Part shown: in pieces, positions 29,301-42,200 of the stretch
How the letters are laid out: the number at the start of each line of letters is the position of its first letter
Numbering within the stretch: the first letter of the stretch is position 1
Assembly (NCBI GenBank): GCA_964247055.1
Contig: OZ176052.1
Span: 4,960,001 to 5,024,000 of the forward strand
DNA length: 64,000 nt
Direction: 5' to 3'
Source: Paragordius varius
Taxonomy: Eukaryota > Animalia > Nematomorpha
Program-made: the position numbers and the translations under genes
Notes under the pieces: generated by a model
Told to the model about the DNA's origin: nothing
The model's input: the letters and a program-made list of their open reading frames with translations, nothing else
The model's database searches: none

Positions 29301-32300
29301 AAATCAAAGGGATTTGATTCGGCACAAAATAACCCGGAAGTATTAGAAAATGTGATAAACAAATTAAAATCACTTCATTTATCTACCCTGCTGTGTTGTG
29401 CTGAATTGTTTTCCCATTGGCCATATCACGAGAAAATCTTATCTAATATACCATTGTATTTGGAGCCAACTATAGATTTACTAAGCCTTAATACACAGGA
29501 TGCTACAAAACAAGAACCGATTGCTACGCTAAAATTAGATAAAGTTTAATTAATAAATTATTATAAGGCAAAATATTATATATTTTCAAAAATGATTCAA
29601 TATTTTAGCTATTTATCACATTAATTTTATCAAATTTACCCATTGTAAAAGATAATAATACGTATCGAAACCTTTGGATATAGTGTAGTTTATTAATTTT
29701 ACAAAAATTCAATATATATCTTTTTTTTGTCTATACAGGAGAAATTATTACGATTAGAATGTGGAATATCATCCCTCGAAAAATATTTTTATCCCACAAT
29801 CAATCGGATTGCACAAGATGGGTCAATTGTTAACAATAATCCAGCTATCAACATTTTGTTAGGATCAGAAAATTATTTATCCTCGATCATTGTAAAGGTA
29901 AAAATGCCCAAATGCAATATTTTTAATGCTTAAAATTTTTTAATCTTCGTAATTTATATTATTATCGTGATTATAGTAATTTAGGATATATATTTAACCC
30001 AATACAATATATTTAATGACCACAGATATGTCAGGTAGGATTAGCTATTAGGAGTATTGCCAATTCGAATGCTGTGGAATTACGATTACAACGCTTAATT
30101 GTACTTCTCACCACTAAAGTTAGGATAGATTCTGTTCTGATGATAAAGGGATTTACTGAAGCCTTTGACACTTTATTAAAAAATGCAAGCTTTCACAATC
30201 AAAACGGAGAGGACAAAATCATGGAATGCCCTATCATATATTTCAAATTATTGAATAGGTATAATTCAAAATTTATATTTTGTACTTGTTGTTTAAATCT
30301 TATGGTATTTACATTTGATTTATTTTTGCATTTAATTTATTTTGAATATATATAGATATGTGAAATACAATGTTTTATTCAATAAATCCTTGTCATCTAG
30401 TCAAAATGAGACTTGCCAACAATTACAAATCGTTTTGGAGGCTTCATTTATAAATCAATGGTTAAGAATAGAATCGTTTATTTATGTAATATTTTCTCTT
30501 TTTTCTATATTATATATAAATAAATTTATTTTATAATGATTATGTATATATACTTTTTTAGTGCTTAGCAGAAAAGAAAGTTGTAAAATATATAACACAC
30601 CTTTTGACTGATACCCTGTTGCTATATTGTATGAAATTATCTGAAGAAAAATTATCATCATTTTTATCGAAAGTAAGATAATCAAATTTTACTATCGAAA
30701 CCATAAAAAAATTTCGAATTCAAAATGTAAATTTTTAAGTTTAAATCGCATCTACCAATAGCCTTTTTTTTAATAGAAAAATAATATTTTTATCAAAGTT
30801 GTTTATATATATTAGCTTTATTGTTGTTTTTACATTATTGTTAATTATGTATATTTTTCATATTTTTTTCCAAGAGAAAAACAAACATTAAAGTTTTTTA
30901 GCGACAAAATATATAAGAATTTAAGCATATTGTCCACCTTTTTATTTTATGAATTTTCTCGGAAATAGAACAAAAACCGGTTTAATTCTTTTAAATACTT
31001 TATTTATAACTAAATAGAAAAAAAGGATTATTGTTTTTGCAAAATACATAAGTGTCAAATATATTGATTAGCTATCAATCTGGTGGTCTTCAGAATCTGA
31101 ATGTCAAGAAAAAAGCGAACAACAATTATTTGACGCACAGATATCAACTTGGAAAGATAATATAATGCTTTCATTTTGCCTTAGATTGATTCAACATTTG
31201 GATAAATTGTTTTTACTTTTCTCGCATGTTTGGACGGAACCCTTGCAAGCCATGTTAGAAGGTAAAGTTAACTAAAGTTGTAAATAAAATTTAATTAAAC
31301 TATATAATTCTTTTATAACAATATTTTTTGTTGAGGCTCAACAGTTATGTTTAAATATTTATTGCATCTGAGTTCAGTTTTTCAAAAAAACGAATAATAA
31401 TTGTCGTTGTTTTTAAATTAAAAATGATGTATATGTATGTTTATATTAAATTATCTCCTATTCGATATAAAAATTTAGCATTATAAATATTTCTCTTTTG
31501 CATTAGCTTTGCCAAACATTAAAGATGAGGGAACCAACCAATTGCTCATTTTAATTGATATCTATGGTGCAATTCTTAATTTGGAAGAAAAAAATAATAT
31601 GTCAGAAACGAATACCTCAATAAATGAGATCCCATCTTTACCTCGATTTTTGACAAAAATTTATATTCAAGACATCCTTTGGACCTGTATTAAATTAGTA
31701 AGTTATTAACGTATATTCTTATTGGATAATTGTAGTTGGTCACATAAATATTGACTTTTTCTATTATATATTATCTTTATAAACATTATCAGTAACTCTT
31801 TGGCTAGGGCTCATTATCCGCTGCTTGACCTTTTATTGCTAATCTTTATTTTGATATTTTATATGATAATATTTTAGCCACTAAGTAGTGAAAAGGAATA
31901 TTTACATTTTTGCGGTCTGAAAAATATATTAAAATCGTAAATTAATAAATAGATTAATAATGGTTCGACGAGATGTCCGTAAGTTTAAGGTTTTTCGTCT
32001 AATTAGCATGAGTTGATTAATTTTAAATTCTTCTTATTTAAGAGCTTATTTGGGATTATGTCACACAAATATTAATATTTAACTAGTGTGTTACTACTAA
32101 TTTGTTTAAATATATATTGTTAATTTCCGATTCAATTATGTTTTTACCATGAATGACTCCATTTATGAGCAGGTGGAATGATAGACAATTTTGACCTCTT
32201 CAAATCAAAATTTTAATATTTTTTATTTAATAGTTCGATTCGATTAAAGAATATGAAAGTGAGTCATTAGATAAACTCTATTGTTTGATCGCTTCAATGA

Positions 32301-32925
32301 TATATTTTGCCAAAAGTGAGATTGATTTATCCATCATTACCCAATACATTATGGACAAAGCCAGACATACTGACCCCAAAGTAATTTTTTTAACATTTTT
32401 TAAAAAATTTATCATTTGTCTCTTATTGTAATTTACGCTACCGAAATTTTGTCAAAAATTAAGTTAAATATGTTTAATTTTTTGTATGTTAACGTAAAGG
32501 TACGCATAATGGTGATACACGTTTTAAAAACCATTTTCGAGAAATGTCGGGAAGAATTTTTAACGCCTTTGCCGCAAATGGTTAGTTACATAGCAGACTG
32601 GCTTGAAGGTAAACAATTTAAATTCAAAAAATTTTAACAAATGTGAATAGTTTATAGTGAAGTGGATGCATTCGTATATTAATAGTTAAATGGTGGTGTT
32701 ATTTAAATTTCATCTATATTTCGATTTATAATTTATATAAATAAATTTGAATGTGAGCGAAAAATGATTATTTAAATGTTTTTCTCATAATCCATTAAGG
32801 TTAATATATTTTAACATACTATATTTTGATTTTTAGATGAAAATGAAGATGTTGAGCAAGCTTGTCATTCACTGGTTGAAACAATAGAATCGTTGTTGGG
32901 AGAACCGTTGCAAAAATATTTTTAA
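16031..32925 (+). CDS. HEATR1: HEAT repeat-containing protein 1 / U3 snoRNP t-UTP protein UTP10, about 37 exons
   Basis: N-terminus MTSLSYQLQKLRQP...SILFDKKEAASLDRD, FLITLSPYLLIKPSLQTIEWLLHRYHIH, LPYHDT; central FTFMG, FTDAFEHIPSHRRIP, SLDLLN; BP28CT-like MKLSEEKL; C-terminus RHTDPKVR...EDENEDVEQACHSLVETIESLLGEPLQKYF-TAA (32923-32925). All match recalled HEATR1/UTP10. Exons join with canonical GT-AG; a few internal boundaries (21.1-21.3 kb, 27.1-27.7 kb) are less certain. Confidence 0.95.
16173..16436 (+). other. Two ultra-short introns in HEATR1 (16173-16194, 22 nt; 16412-16436, 25 nt)
   Basis: gtttatacataattataattag and gttaaatttattctatatattatag; both removals are required to keep the conserved HEATR1 N-terminal frame. 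Confidence 0.9.
16998..17327. mobile_element. Foldback-type MITE, copy 2 (HEATR1 intron 3), followed by (TA)n
   Basis: TACCATTTAC...GTAAATGGTA termini; tandem 21-mers start at 17224, 17245 and 17266; the centre is inverted relative to copy 1. Confidence 0.8.
17331..17358. repeat. (TA)n microsatellite
   Basis: Direct read; abuts foldback MITE copy 2. Confidence 0.9.
26309..26348. repeat. (TA)n microsatellite
   Basis: Direct read; abuts foldback MITE copy 3. Confidence 0.9.
26347..26545. mobile_element. Foldback-type MITE, copy 3 (internally deleted; HEATR1 intron), preceded by (TA)n
   Basis: CATTTACAGTTCAAAT...TTGAATTGTAAAT ends, the same 21-bp units and the same central ATGATGAGTT...AAAACACGTAATTTATTTT segment. 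Confidence 0.75.
28347..28611. mobile_element. Charlie/MER5-like hAT MITE, copy 2 (HEATR1 intron)
   Basis: Ends CAGTGTTTTCCAAAAGGGGGACGCG and TGGTGGGGCGTGAACAAAAAATGGTTGGGAACCACTT are reverse-complement matches to the 11385-11617 element. Confidence 0.65.
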
Positions 32926-32944
32926 TTATTAATCCTGCTACATC

Positions 32945-32978
32945 AATAAATTTAGTTATTTTTTAAGCGCTTAATAAA
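32945..32978 (+). terminator. Two AATAAA polyadenylation signals after the HEATR1 stop
   Basis: AATAAA at 32945-32950 and 32973-32978, 20-50 nt after TAA. AATAAA is common by chance in AT-rich DNA. Confidence 0.45.
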
Positions 32979-33033
32979 GCAAGAATATTTTGTATTCCAT
33001 TTTTCATCAATCAAGTTTATCATTCATCTAAAT

Positions 33034-34113
33034 CAGAGCTCCTTAAACTTTTGTAATTCCCGACCCCATTTATGATTGCGAGTTTCATAACAACCCCAAC
33101 AAATATAAAAGAAAACTAAATTAATATTTATTGATGATATATTTATTAGATAACAATATACATATGCATATAAAAATATATAAATTTAGAATTCGTTTTG
33201 AAACAAAAAAATTGAAATTTGCACAAAATGTTATAAAAATATTTTATTATAATTTCAAAAACAAAATCAAATATATCCAAGTAGTTGTGTGGTAAATATT
33301 AAATAAAAGTTTACGTTAAAAATTTAATGAGATGGATGTGCCTGTTTTTTGCATACAAATCTTGGTGTAATGTTGAAAACTGCTGGGCGTAAGATTTCTT
33401 CAACATTTTTTATCACTGAACGATATTGAGATTTTATGTGTGTTAAAGCTGAAAAAGAAACTTCCCATAAATATGTGGTGTTGAATGGCAGAAGCACATT
33501 TAACGCCATATCGGCGATTGTGGGAAATTCAGTTTCTTGTTCACCAGAATTTGGTCAAGTCTTTTTGGGATTATAGTTTTAGATTTGAATCACACGAAAG
33601 CTCAGCAAATTCCTCATGAGCTTTAAGTGGCAGATGATCAATCTCACTTAAGCCAATCCAAAACGACTTTTGAATCCAAACTATTTTTCGTAAATCAATA
33701 TTTAATGTAAATATGTCCGAAACTGTATTTCTAGCGCTTTTAAGTGATGTAAAATAGTTTTTGCAATAAAAGTTTTACAATGTAGTTTCATCGAAATAAC
33801 ACTTAAAAATTTGGTAGATAATATTTTAGGAGATTGACAAAAATAATCTACATTTTTTAATTTCTATAACATCTTCTGATTCATAGTAAATATTTATACA
33901 AGATATTAAATGATCGGAATAGAAATGTTGGTATAAACAGTCTTTCTGAACCAAAGATTTTATGATATATTTATCTACAATGATTTTTTTTCTTTATAAC
34001 AATAATTTTACAAGTTAAAAATCATTTTTTGCTAAATTGTATTTTTATCACTCGCGACCCCATAATTTTGCTACGCGACCCCAAATTGGATCCCCATGGT
34101 TTAAGAAGCCCTG
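33034..34113 (-). mobile_element. Non-autonomous hAT DNA transposon (Buster/Charlie-like) with a transposase C-terminal relic
   Basis: 15-bp TIRs CAGAGCTCCTTAAAC / GTTTAAGAAGCCCTG; perfect 8-bp TSD ATCTAAAT at 33026-33033 and 34114-34121. The minus strand encodes EEFAELSCDSNLKL*...FW*...EFPTIADMALNVLLPFNTTYLWEVSFSALTHIKSQYR...KKQAHPSH (hAT dimerisation domain) with stops and a frameshift. Confidence 0.92.
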
Positions 34114-34431
34114 ATCTAAATATTTATTACCATTCTCTTTATTTAACCTAAAATATTATATCAATAACAACTTTTTATCATTCAAAAACCGTTTCATTGT
34201 TAATTTTCTAAAATATATTTTTATATTAATAAGTTTTCTAAGTTAATTACCGATTTCGTAAACATTTATTTTAATAATATTATAATTGGAAAAAATTATC
34301 TCCAAACAAAAAAATTGGTGGTTTTTGAATGAAAAATATTTACATGAATAAATATAAAAGAGAAATTAGGTTACAAAAAATAAAATAAAAAATATATCAA
34401 AAATTATGAACCAAACTTTTTGTATTCAAAG

Positions 34432-34490
34432 AATTGAAATGTTCAGGACCTCTTGAAATGTTCAAGGACACTCTTGAAGTGCAAATGGTA

Positions 34491-34530
<40 letters not shown>
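34432..34530. mobile_element. Possible single end of a related TA-associated element
   Basis: Tandem TTGAAATGTTCA(A)GGAC..CTC units ending in AAATGGTAT and then (TA)n, the same terminal motif as the foldback MITEs; the partner end was not found. Confidence 0.35.
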
Positions 34531-34531
<1 letters not shown>

Positions 34532-34589
34532 CCAACTTATTTAATTTGATGGAACCTCTAAATTAATTTTTTGGATCTATCATTTGAAG

Positions 34590-35090
34590 TAATGTAGTAT
34601 TGGGGTTGATTGTGTTGCCGTGTTCGTCCATTTTAAGTAGCATTTGCCAGCAAGCTTGTTCAAAAGCTTGTGTAATTTTTTGGTCAGAGCTTTTGCAAAC
34701 CCTTACAGACATACGTTGCGATCGGAAGATTATGGAATTTAAAATTTTTATTTTGGAAGTTTTGGTTATTTTTCGTGAGGACCGTATCTTGCAATATGAT
34801 TACGTTTTGCCCTGACTATGGCTAATCTTTGTTTAACTTCAGGGGTTGTATTATTTTTATAATTAATTTCTACTCCTAAATATATATAGTTGTCTAATGT
34901 TTTTAGATAAATTCGCTCATTTTGATTAAACAAGTGGCGTTTGATATGACTGGTTATTGCCAAGTTAATTCTGAGACAATGAGATTGTCTTAAGATGTAA
35001 TTTTTCTGGGGGCTATTATAAATTGTTTTGTGTATTAACATGTAGAACGGTATCGTCAGCGTATAGATTACTAATTATTTCTCATCCTAG
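34590..35090 (-). mobile_element. Decayed non-LTR retrotransposon (RTE/CR1-like) reverse transcriptase fragment
   Basis: The minus strand gives LYADDTVL (YADD at 35063-35052), then DNYIYLGVEINYKNNTTPEVKQRL, then KIKILNSIIF...QAFEQACWQMLLK, the typical RT thumb region; several frameshifts and stops. Confidence 0.8.
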
Positions 35091-35302
35091 TTTTACACTA
35101 GTGTAAAGCAATATCAATGTACATTATCTATTGTTTTGGAGGAAGCGAAATACTTCATTCGAAATATTATAATATATTATTATAACTACATTTAAAAAGC
35201 AAAACAATACTTATATTATTTAATTTATCGATGTGGGTTCCAAAAGTCTCAAATATTAGCTCCGCTCAAAAATTGGCTAGTTTTCTTAAAATAAAAGCAA
35301 AA

Positions 35303-36337
35303 ATGCCAAGATTGTGTGTTGACATTTATATGCTAGATTTGGGTACTCACACCCCAGGCCAAACGCTTTTTATGACCCTGAACTATCCATACATTATATC
35401 ATTGATTTTGATATATATATATATATATAGAACTGATTTCTGCCACTGGTTAAATGATAGGGATACCCCATACTCAGGAACTATAAACCGCTTTCACGGC
35501 GCGTTTAACAGTGAAACTGGCGAGTTTAAAGTAATCTGGTACTGTAATTTTTTTGGAATTTACTTAAAAATACACTTAATTGAAGCGATCACTTAAAAAT
35601 AGTTCATTAATGATTTCCTAAAATTAAACAGCATATAGCCCAATTTGCTTAGGATTTTATTAAAACAATGTTTAATTATATCGGGTCGATGATTTAAAAC
35701 TGTATTTAATTTCAAATCGGAAATATTTATTATTTTTTATTGGACCTTTAAATGTAGTTATATACCACCGGGCTAAAATTTAAATATATTATGAAAAATG
35801 TTTTTAGCATTGGACCAAATTTAAAAATATGCTTAAGCCTTTTAGGTGCATGATAAAAATCTTTTCTAAAAAAGGTAAAATAGAATGAAATCCTCATCTG
35901 AAACTTTTTGACCATTTTTTACTTTATTCGTTAACACTTTATGACCTTTTGGAGGTAGTTTTATAGCCCAGCGATCGAAAGACTATCTGAAAAAGTATTT
36001 AAGTATTGGGTTAAACTTGAATATATGCTTTCTTTAGCCATTGGCGAATAAGAAATTTCTTTTTTAAAAATGTAAAAATGTAAACAGATCCTCATTTGTC
36101 GCAATTTTTTCTAGAAATTATTTAATCGCTAATGCAACAGGCAAATTCATGTATATTATGGTTAGAAAACGTATAATTTACTACTTTGAGGTTTTACCAG
36201 AAAAAATGGATTTTGATTTAAAACTTCACACATATTTGAGTTATTTTTACAAAACTACTGAAAGAAACGGGCCCAATTTAAATTTATGGTTCTTTTCGAA
36301 AAAATTATATAAATATGCCAAAATGTATAAAAATTAG
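35303..36337 (+). CDS. Small hypothetical protein (about 100-120 aa), 3-5 exons; 5' structure ambiguous
   Basis: An exon with clear splice signals at 35431-35530 (TDFCHWLNDRDTPYSGTINRFHGAFNSETGEFK) joins in frame to 36141-36170 (ANSCILWLEN), then across a 20-nt GT-AG intron (36171-36190) to VLPEKMDFDLKLHTYLSYFYK...KMYKN-TAG. Start is either ATG 35231 or 35303. No homology recognised. Confidence 0.5.
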
Positions 36338-37392
36338 TTCCACATCAAACTAGTTTGACGCCATTTTTATTTTACAGCATTTATGAAAAATACCGTTTAT
36401 TTTTTTATAATAAATCAAAGCAATTTATTATTTAAATCAACATAAAACATTGATAATTACATAAAACATTGATAAAAACAGAAAAAGTGCTTTACTTTGT
36501 ATTATTAAGTTTACCTAGAGCACGCATGTCATTTTAAAATTGTTACCTTCGGGTTTTACCTTAAAATAAATAAAAGAATTTTAATTTTTATTTTTTGGTT
36601 TATTAATGTTATATAAATGCAAACTTTTGCATGGTTTGCATATTTTTTGAAGTATTTAATTTAAACAGGCCGGGGATATGCAACTACTCCAATATAAATC
36701 GAAGGACTGAAATGTATGTGTTGTATCCAAGTGTTAGTACTATACGATTCAATTCTGTTTTAAGGCTGTCCTTTTTTTCTAGTCCAAAACTGTAAAATTA
36801 AACGCGTTTTTCTGTATGACAACAGCGGTTGATATTTTAATAACCAAACAAATTTTCAAAAATGTGGTTAATGAGATATAAAACTACCAAAGGTATACTA
36901 GGTCAATAAAGTGAAAAGGTCGAACCCTTAAAAAACAACACACTATGGAACCTTAACACATTTATTTTTTTTCAGCAGAGGATAATGTAAATTCCTAGTT
37001 AAGAATAATATCATAATATACCCTACTAAAAATCTGTTGAAAAAATAGGTAAAGGAGATTTGATTTCGTACTGCGTCAGGTTTTAAAATAGGTCACATTA
37101 TTTTTATGTGGAATATTATATATTGTTATAAAAAAAGTTATTAATCGGATTTGTGACGTCTCAAACCTTGGCGTGTTTTAATCAAATATATTTTTAATTC
37201 TCGGGGCCCTCCCTCTTAAATTTTAATTTTTAGAAAGTTTTTAAAAGCAGGTATCGTAAAAGAATTTTAATTATTTATATGAAAAATTTCCCGTAAAATA
37301 ATTAAAATAAATTTTCAAATAAAAAAATTATAAATAGGCATTTTTTTAACTTATAACAATAATATTATTGTACATTCACAATCACATTCAAA

Positions 37393-39204
37393 ATGAAAAA
37401 GGTTTATTACCAATCTTCAAGTAATTATATAATAATAAACAGATAATACGCCTGAATTTAATCAAAATCGAAAAACCTCTCCCGAAAGATTTACATCCAA
37501 ATTAAATCCGGATGCTAAAGAATTTAATCCTTTCGGAAATGTAATATATATTTTATATATAAAGGTTAAGAAACTAAGTTTGGAAGATATCGAAGGTATG
37601 ATTCATTAATATGTTAGATAAACTGCGAACTTATCTCAACGATATGACTATTGATCCCGGCACATTTTCTGAGCGAGCTCTAACTATTTATACTCTTATC
37701 AGATGCCAACCAGATATTTTACAACATCTCTTGCGACTAATCATTTCATATGTAAATATTATTAAAATAATATATAGATGAATGGTAGTCAAAGCTGTTT
37801 ATATTGTGGAGCTAAAATATTAAATTATTTGATTAATGAATTACCTATCACACAAAGTCAAAATTTAATGAATATTTTGGAAAATGAGTAAATTTAAGGG
37901 TAATATATAGAATCGGAAATATGTATGATTCCACAATTAACTTAGATGTCAATCAAAAGGAAAACGTTAAAAAATTAATTGATTTAACCTATTTAATAGC
38001 TGAACTATTTTGTAGGATTGAGGTAAATCGTTTAAAATGATACGATAGACAAATATAAATCAAGCCCTATGCTTAATTTTATTAATTTATTTATTAAAAT
38101 TTAACATATGGACCCATTCTTTTCTTTTAAAAGGTAAAACCAATAATCATTGTTTCATTCTGTAAACTGGTGAAACATAGTTATTTATTGATATAAGAGT
38201 GAAGCTAAAACCAAACACCGATTAAGGCTTAACAACGTTTTATATTTTCATTTCTTTAAAATTAAATATAACTTAATGATTTTTTCGAAACGAAAAATAT
38301 TATATAATCCAAATTCCTTTTTTTATACTTCTTAAAATTTATAAACAATTTTATGTATTTGCATCCTTATATGTCATTAATACGTTTACACATCGTCAAT
38401 AAATTATCTATTTTATAAGCCCATTAAAGGGAAACCTATAAAAGTGAAAAACCCAATGTTTTACGAAGCACTCATGGAATTACTTGAAAAAATGATGGTT
38501 CCGCCATATATTGAAGATTTTCTAATAAATTCTACAAAAATTTTGAAGGTAAAACCTAGTGAATTAATTATATGTAGTATAATGCATACAAATATTATAA
38601 TAATATCAAAATTTCAAATTTTCTGTCACCTTTTTTTAGTTATCTGGGCACGAAATCACGCAGTTTGAAGAACAAACAAAGCCCCCACCTGACGGTAACA
38701 CTCCATTTAGACCGTCACGCTTCAACAATTATATGGCAAAAGTGCGAGAACTTGTACTTAGTGAAGGCATGATTCAAAGGTTGCTATAATTTTATCTATC
38801 CATTTATACAGGGATGTCTAACACAAATTTCTACGCGTGCTGCTTTGATAATTATTAGTTTTTCAATTTATTTTAAGCCCAATTTTGGATGATGTAATCT
38901 ATGAAAATCGTAAAATTTTGATGAATTAGCAATTTATTAATTTTAACATTTTCAGAGCACTTTTTCGACCTTAACAAAGCGTTTAAGGTAATATTGACAG
39001 TGGTTGACCTTACCTCATTGAGGCGCCTTTTTTAATTTAACATTGGCTAAAAAAGATTTGTTGTTTACCGATCATCATGCGTTTTTCCCCTTTTTATAAT
39101 GGTCTTATTTTTCGTTATAATTGTTCCCAATAGTTTTTGGTAGCCCCATGATGAACCAAAAACAAAAATAAATAATATAATATTTTTAAATACCCATGTT
39201 ATTA

Positions 39205-39254
<50 letters not shown>

Positions 39255-42200
39255 TATATTTCAATATTGATTTAGTCTTATTCATAAAACTTTTATTTTA
39301 TTTTATATATAAGGGTTATGATGCGGATAATTACCCATGTTTTTCCCACAATTGGGTTTACTATAAGGGTGAGCCACTGTAATTAAAGTCTAGAACTTCC
39401 GATATGGAGTTTTTTTGCTATGCAGTACCCGCCCTAATTTTAACCTTTTGGATTGTTCTGTCGGAAAGTTTTAAAAAAAAAAGCCCGCCCCCTTTTTATG
39501 ATGTTTTTGATGAATTTATTTAAAAAAGTACTCGGTGTTTTATATAAGTTGGTAATTTTACTGTAACGAGCTTTATTTATTTCGGAGCCATAGAGTAGAC
39601 TGGTGTAATTACTTCTCTCTGTTGGCCATCTATTTATATGTACATTTTATTTGTATTTCAGGAGTTTTTACAGAATAATATTATATACTTTTTTTTGATT
39701 TATTTTATACAGTAAGATTAATAAATGATTATCACGAAAAAACAAATGAATAATTAAAAGAAAAAAAAATGATTTGCACATGATTTAATATGTAAACTTC
39801 ATAAATGGCCCTTGATTATTTTTGTTGTATCTAATTACAAATTACTTTTTTAACCATGTACTAATCATATTTTTCAATTGGATTCGTTTGCGTGATAATT
39901 ATTTTAATTATTATTGTTTTAACTAAATACCCTTTTCCCATTCAATTCAAAGTTAGATTAGGAAAAGGTTTTTTAACTCTGCCCTCCTTATCTTTTTAAT
40001 CTATTCATTTTAAACGTAAAATTTCTGATAGGTAGGTTATGTATTAATAACTTATCTTTATATCCATTATATTGACATAATTTTGGGCAAGTTAGTGATT
40101 ATTATTCATGTTCCATAGTAAAAAATTACTCTTATTAAATTATACCGATGTAAAATATAAAGACAAATATTTTTTTAAAAGACCGCTATTCTTTTTTTAA
40201 TTTGATTTTTATATTTAACTCATGGTTTCAAATTGCCAAGTATGAAATAAATATGTTGATTGGACAATCAAAAGTATGGTTGTCTTTGGAAAAAAATATT
40301 TGTCTCTATGTTTTAGGTTTTGTCCGCATAATTTTAATCGGCTAAATTACAACATGTACATAACAAAAATACTGTATTTCAAAATAAGTGCCTATTTTTA
40401 TGTCAATGGATTTAAATAATTTTAACCGAAATAGCACTATTTACTAAAATATGCGATTTTAAATAAACACATATCATAATTTTTACATATCATTCTCAGA
40501 AATTTTAGCTTAAATAATAAAATTTTCATATATTTTTTTAGAAAATCCAAAGAATTTTTGCTTATGCTATATTGTTTGAAAGAGAGGCACTGGGACGTCG
40601 AAGATAAAAATGAGATTGCTGCACCTAAATTAACGCCAAATGTGATATTTAATTCTAATGCAGTCAATTACCAAATTTATAAAGATTATACGAGCGATTC
40701 GGTTTCTCCAAACGGTTTTGGAGTTAATATGGGTAAATCTTTTTTTGGATTTTTATGATAAAGACGTTTTGCAAATTTAGTTTATATGTATATAAAAAAA
40801 ATTACGAATTCGTAAATTCATACATAAAAATTTGGTTACAATAATATTGTAATTATAACATATATACAAAACAACATTCCTTAAAAAATAATAATTATTT
40901 TCATTTTGCATATTTTACCCTTATTCTTCATGTTAAATAAATTTTTACTGTAAGAACTGAAATTATTAAGACAAATCCATATTCGAACCTTTTTTGGGTA
41001 GTTACCAAATATATAATAGATATATTCTATATCTTCCAAAATTCTCATCATTTAAGTTGTAAAAATCAGGCTAAAGTATGTCTTTGTTTAAAAAAATTTA
41101 TTATGGCTTATTTTTTATATTTTATCACTATGAATTTAATTTTTATCGTTGATTAATTGTTTTAAATGGATTCGATAGATCAAATTAAATATCTCGAAGC
41201 ACAACAAATGAGATCTCTTAATAATTATACGGACGAACACGAATCATTGAACGCAATCGAAGATGATCTAATAGAATACGAAGTAAAATAACTCATAAAA
41301 TTAAAACTATATATTTGTTTAATATTGATCATATCTCGAGTTTTTTTGTATTTCCCCTATATCAAAATTTTTTTAATGATATAATTATTTTTTCTGTATT
41401 ATGCGCATTACTCCAGGGTTTAAGTTTTTTAAATAATTTTATATGCTTATAATGATTCTTAGAGCACTAGCACCATAATGCCCTCTCCTCATAATAAGCA
41501 TTATTGAATAAACGCTCTCTATAAATATTAGGTAATGGTTAAGCAATTGCTCTGATACATTAGTTGGTATAAAAATAATTTAAGAAAAATATTCATTCAT
41601 TTATATTTGTTTTACAATAAAGTATAAGAAAGATATTGGATTTAAGCATGATACCTTTTTTATCTTTATTTATAAGAAATTTACTCAGCTAATGTTGCAT
41701 TTAAAAAATGGTTTTATGCCGTTATTTATCTATAACGAGGCCTGCTGAACCATGTCATATTTAATTAATTTTAAATATCATAGAAACCAAGATGTAATTT
41801 GTAAAAACTAATTAAATATTATCGTTGGCATTATAAGAATCTTCATTATACCGAAAATAATGGATATATATTTATACACCCTAAAATAATAATGACACTC
41901 TTTTTAAACATTCAAAAAATAACTGTAAATTTAATTTCATTTAATAAATTTATATCTTATTTGATTCTAAAGGTTATTTTTACTATAATAATTATGATTT
42001 ATTTTTCGTATAATAACATATGCATGATCTTCTTATTATAAAAAATTACCCACTTTTAATTTTATGGCTTTTTAGTCGTAGTACTATCAATTTTTCAGAT
42101 TTTTAATCCAGATATTCGAATTCCTTTTGAAATAATTGTCAAAACGCCATTATCTTAATCTTGGAGGACATATATATAAATTTCGAAAACAAATAATTTT

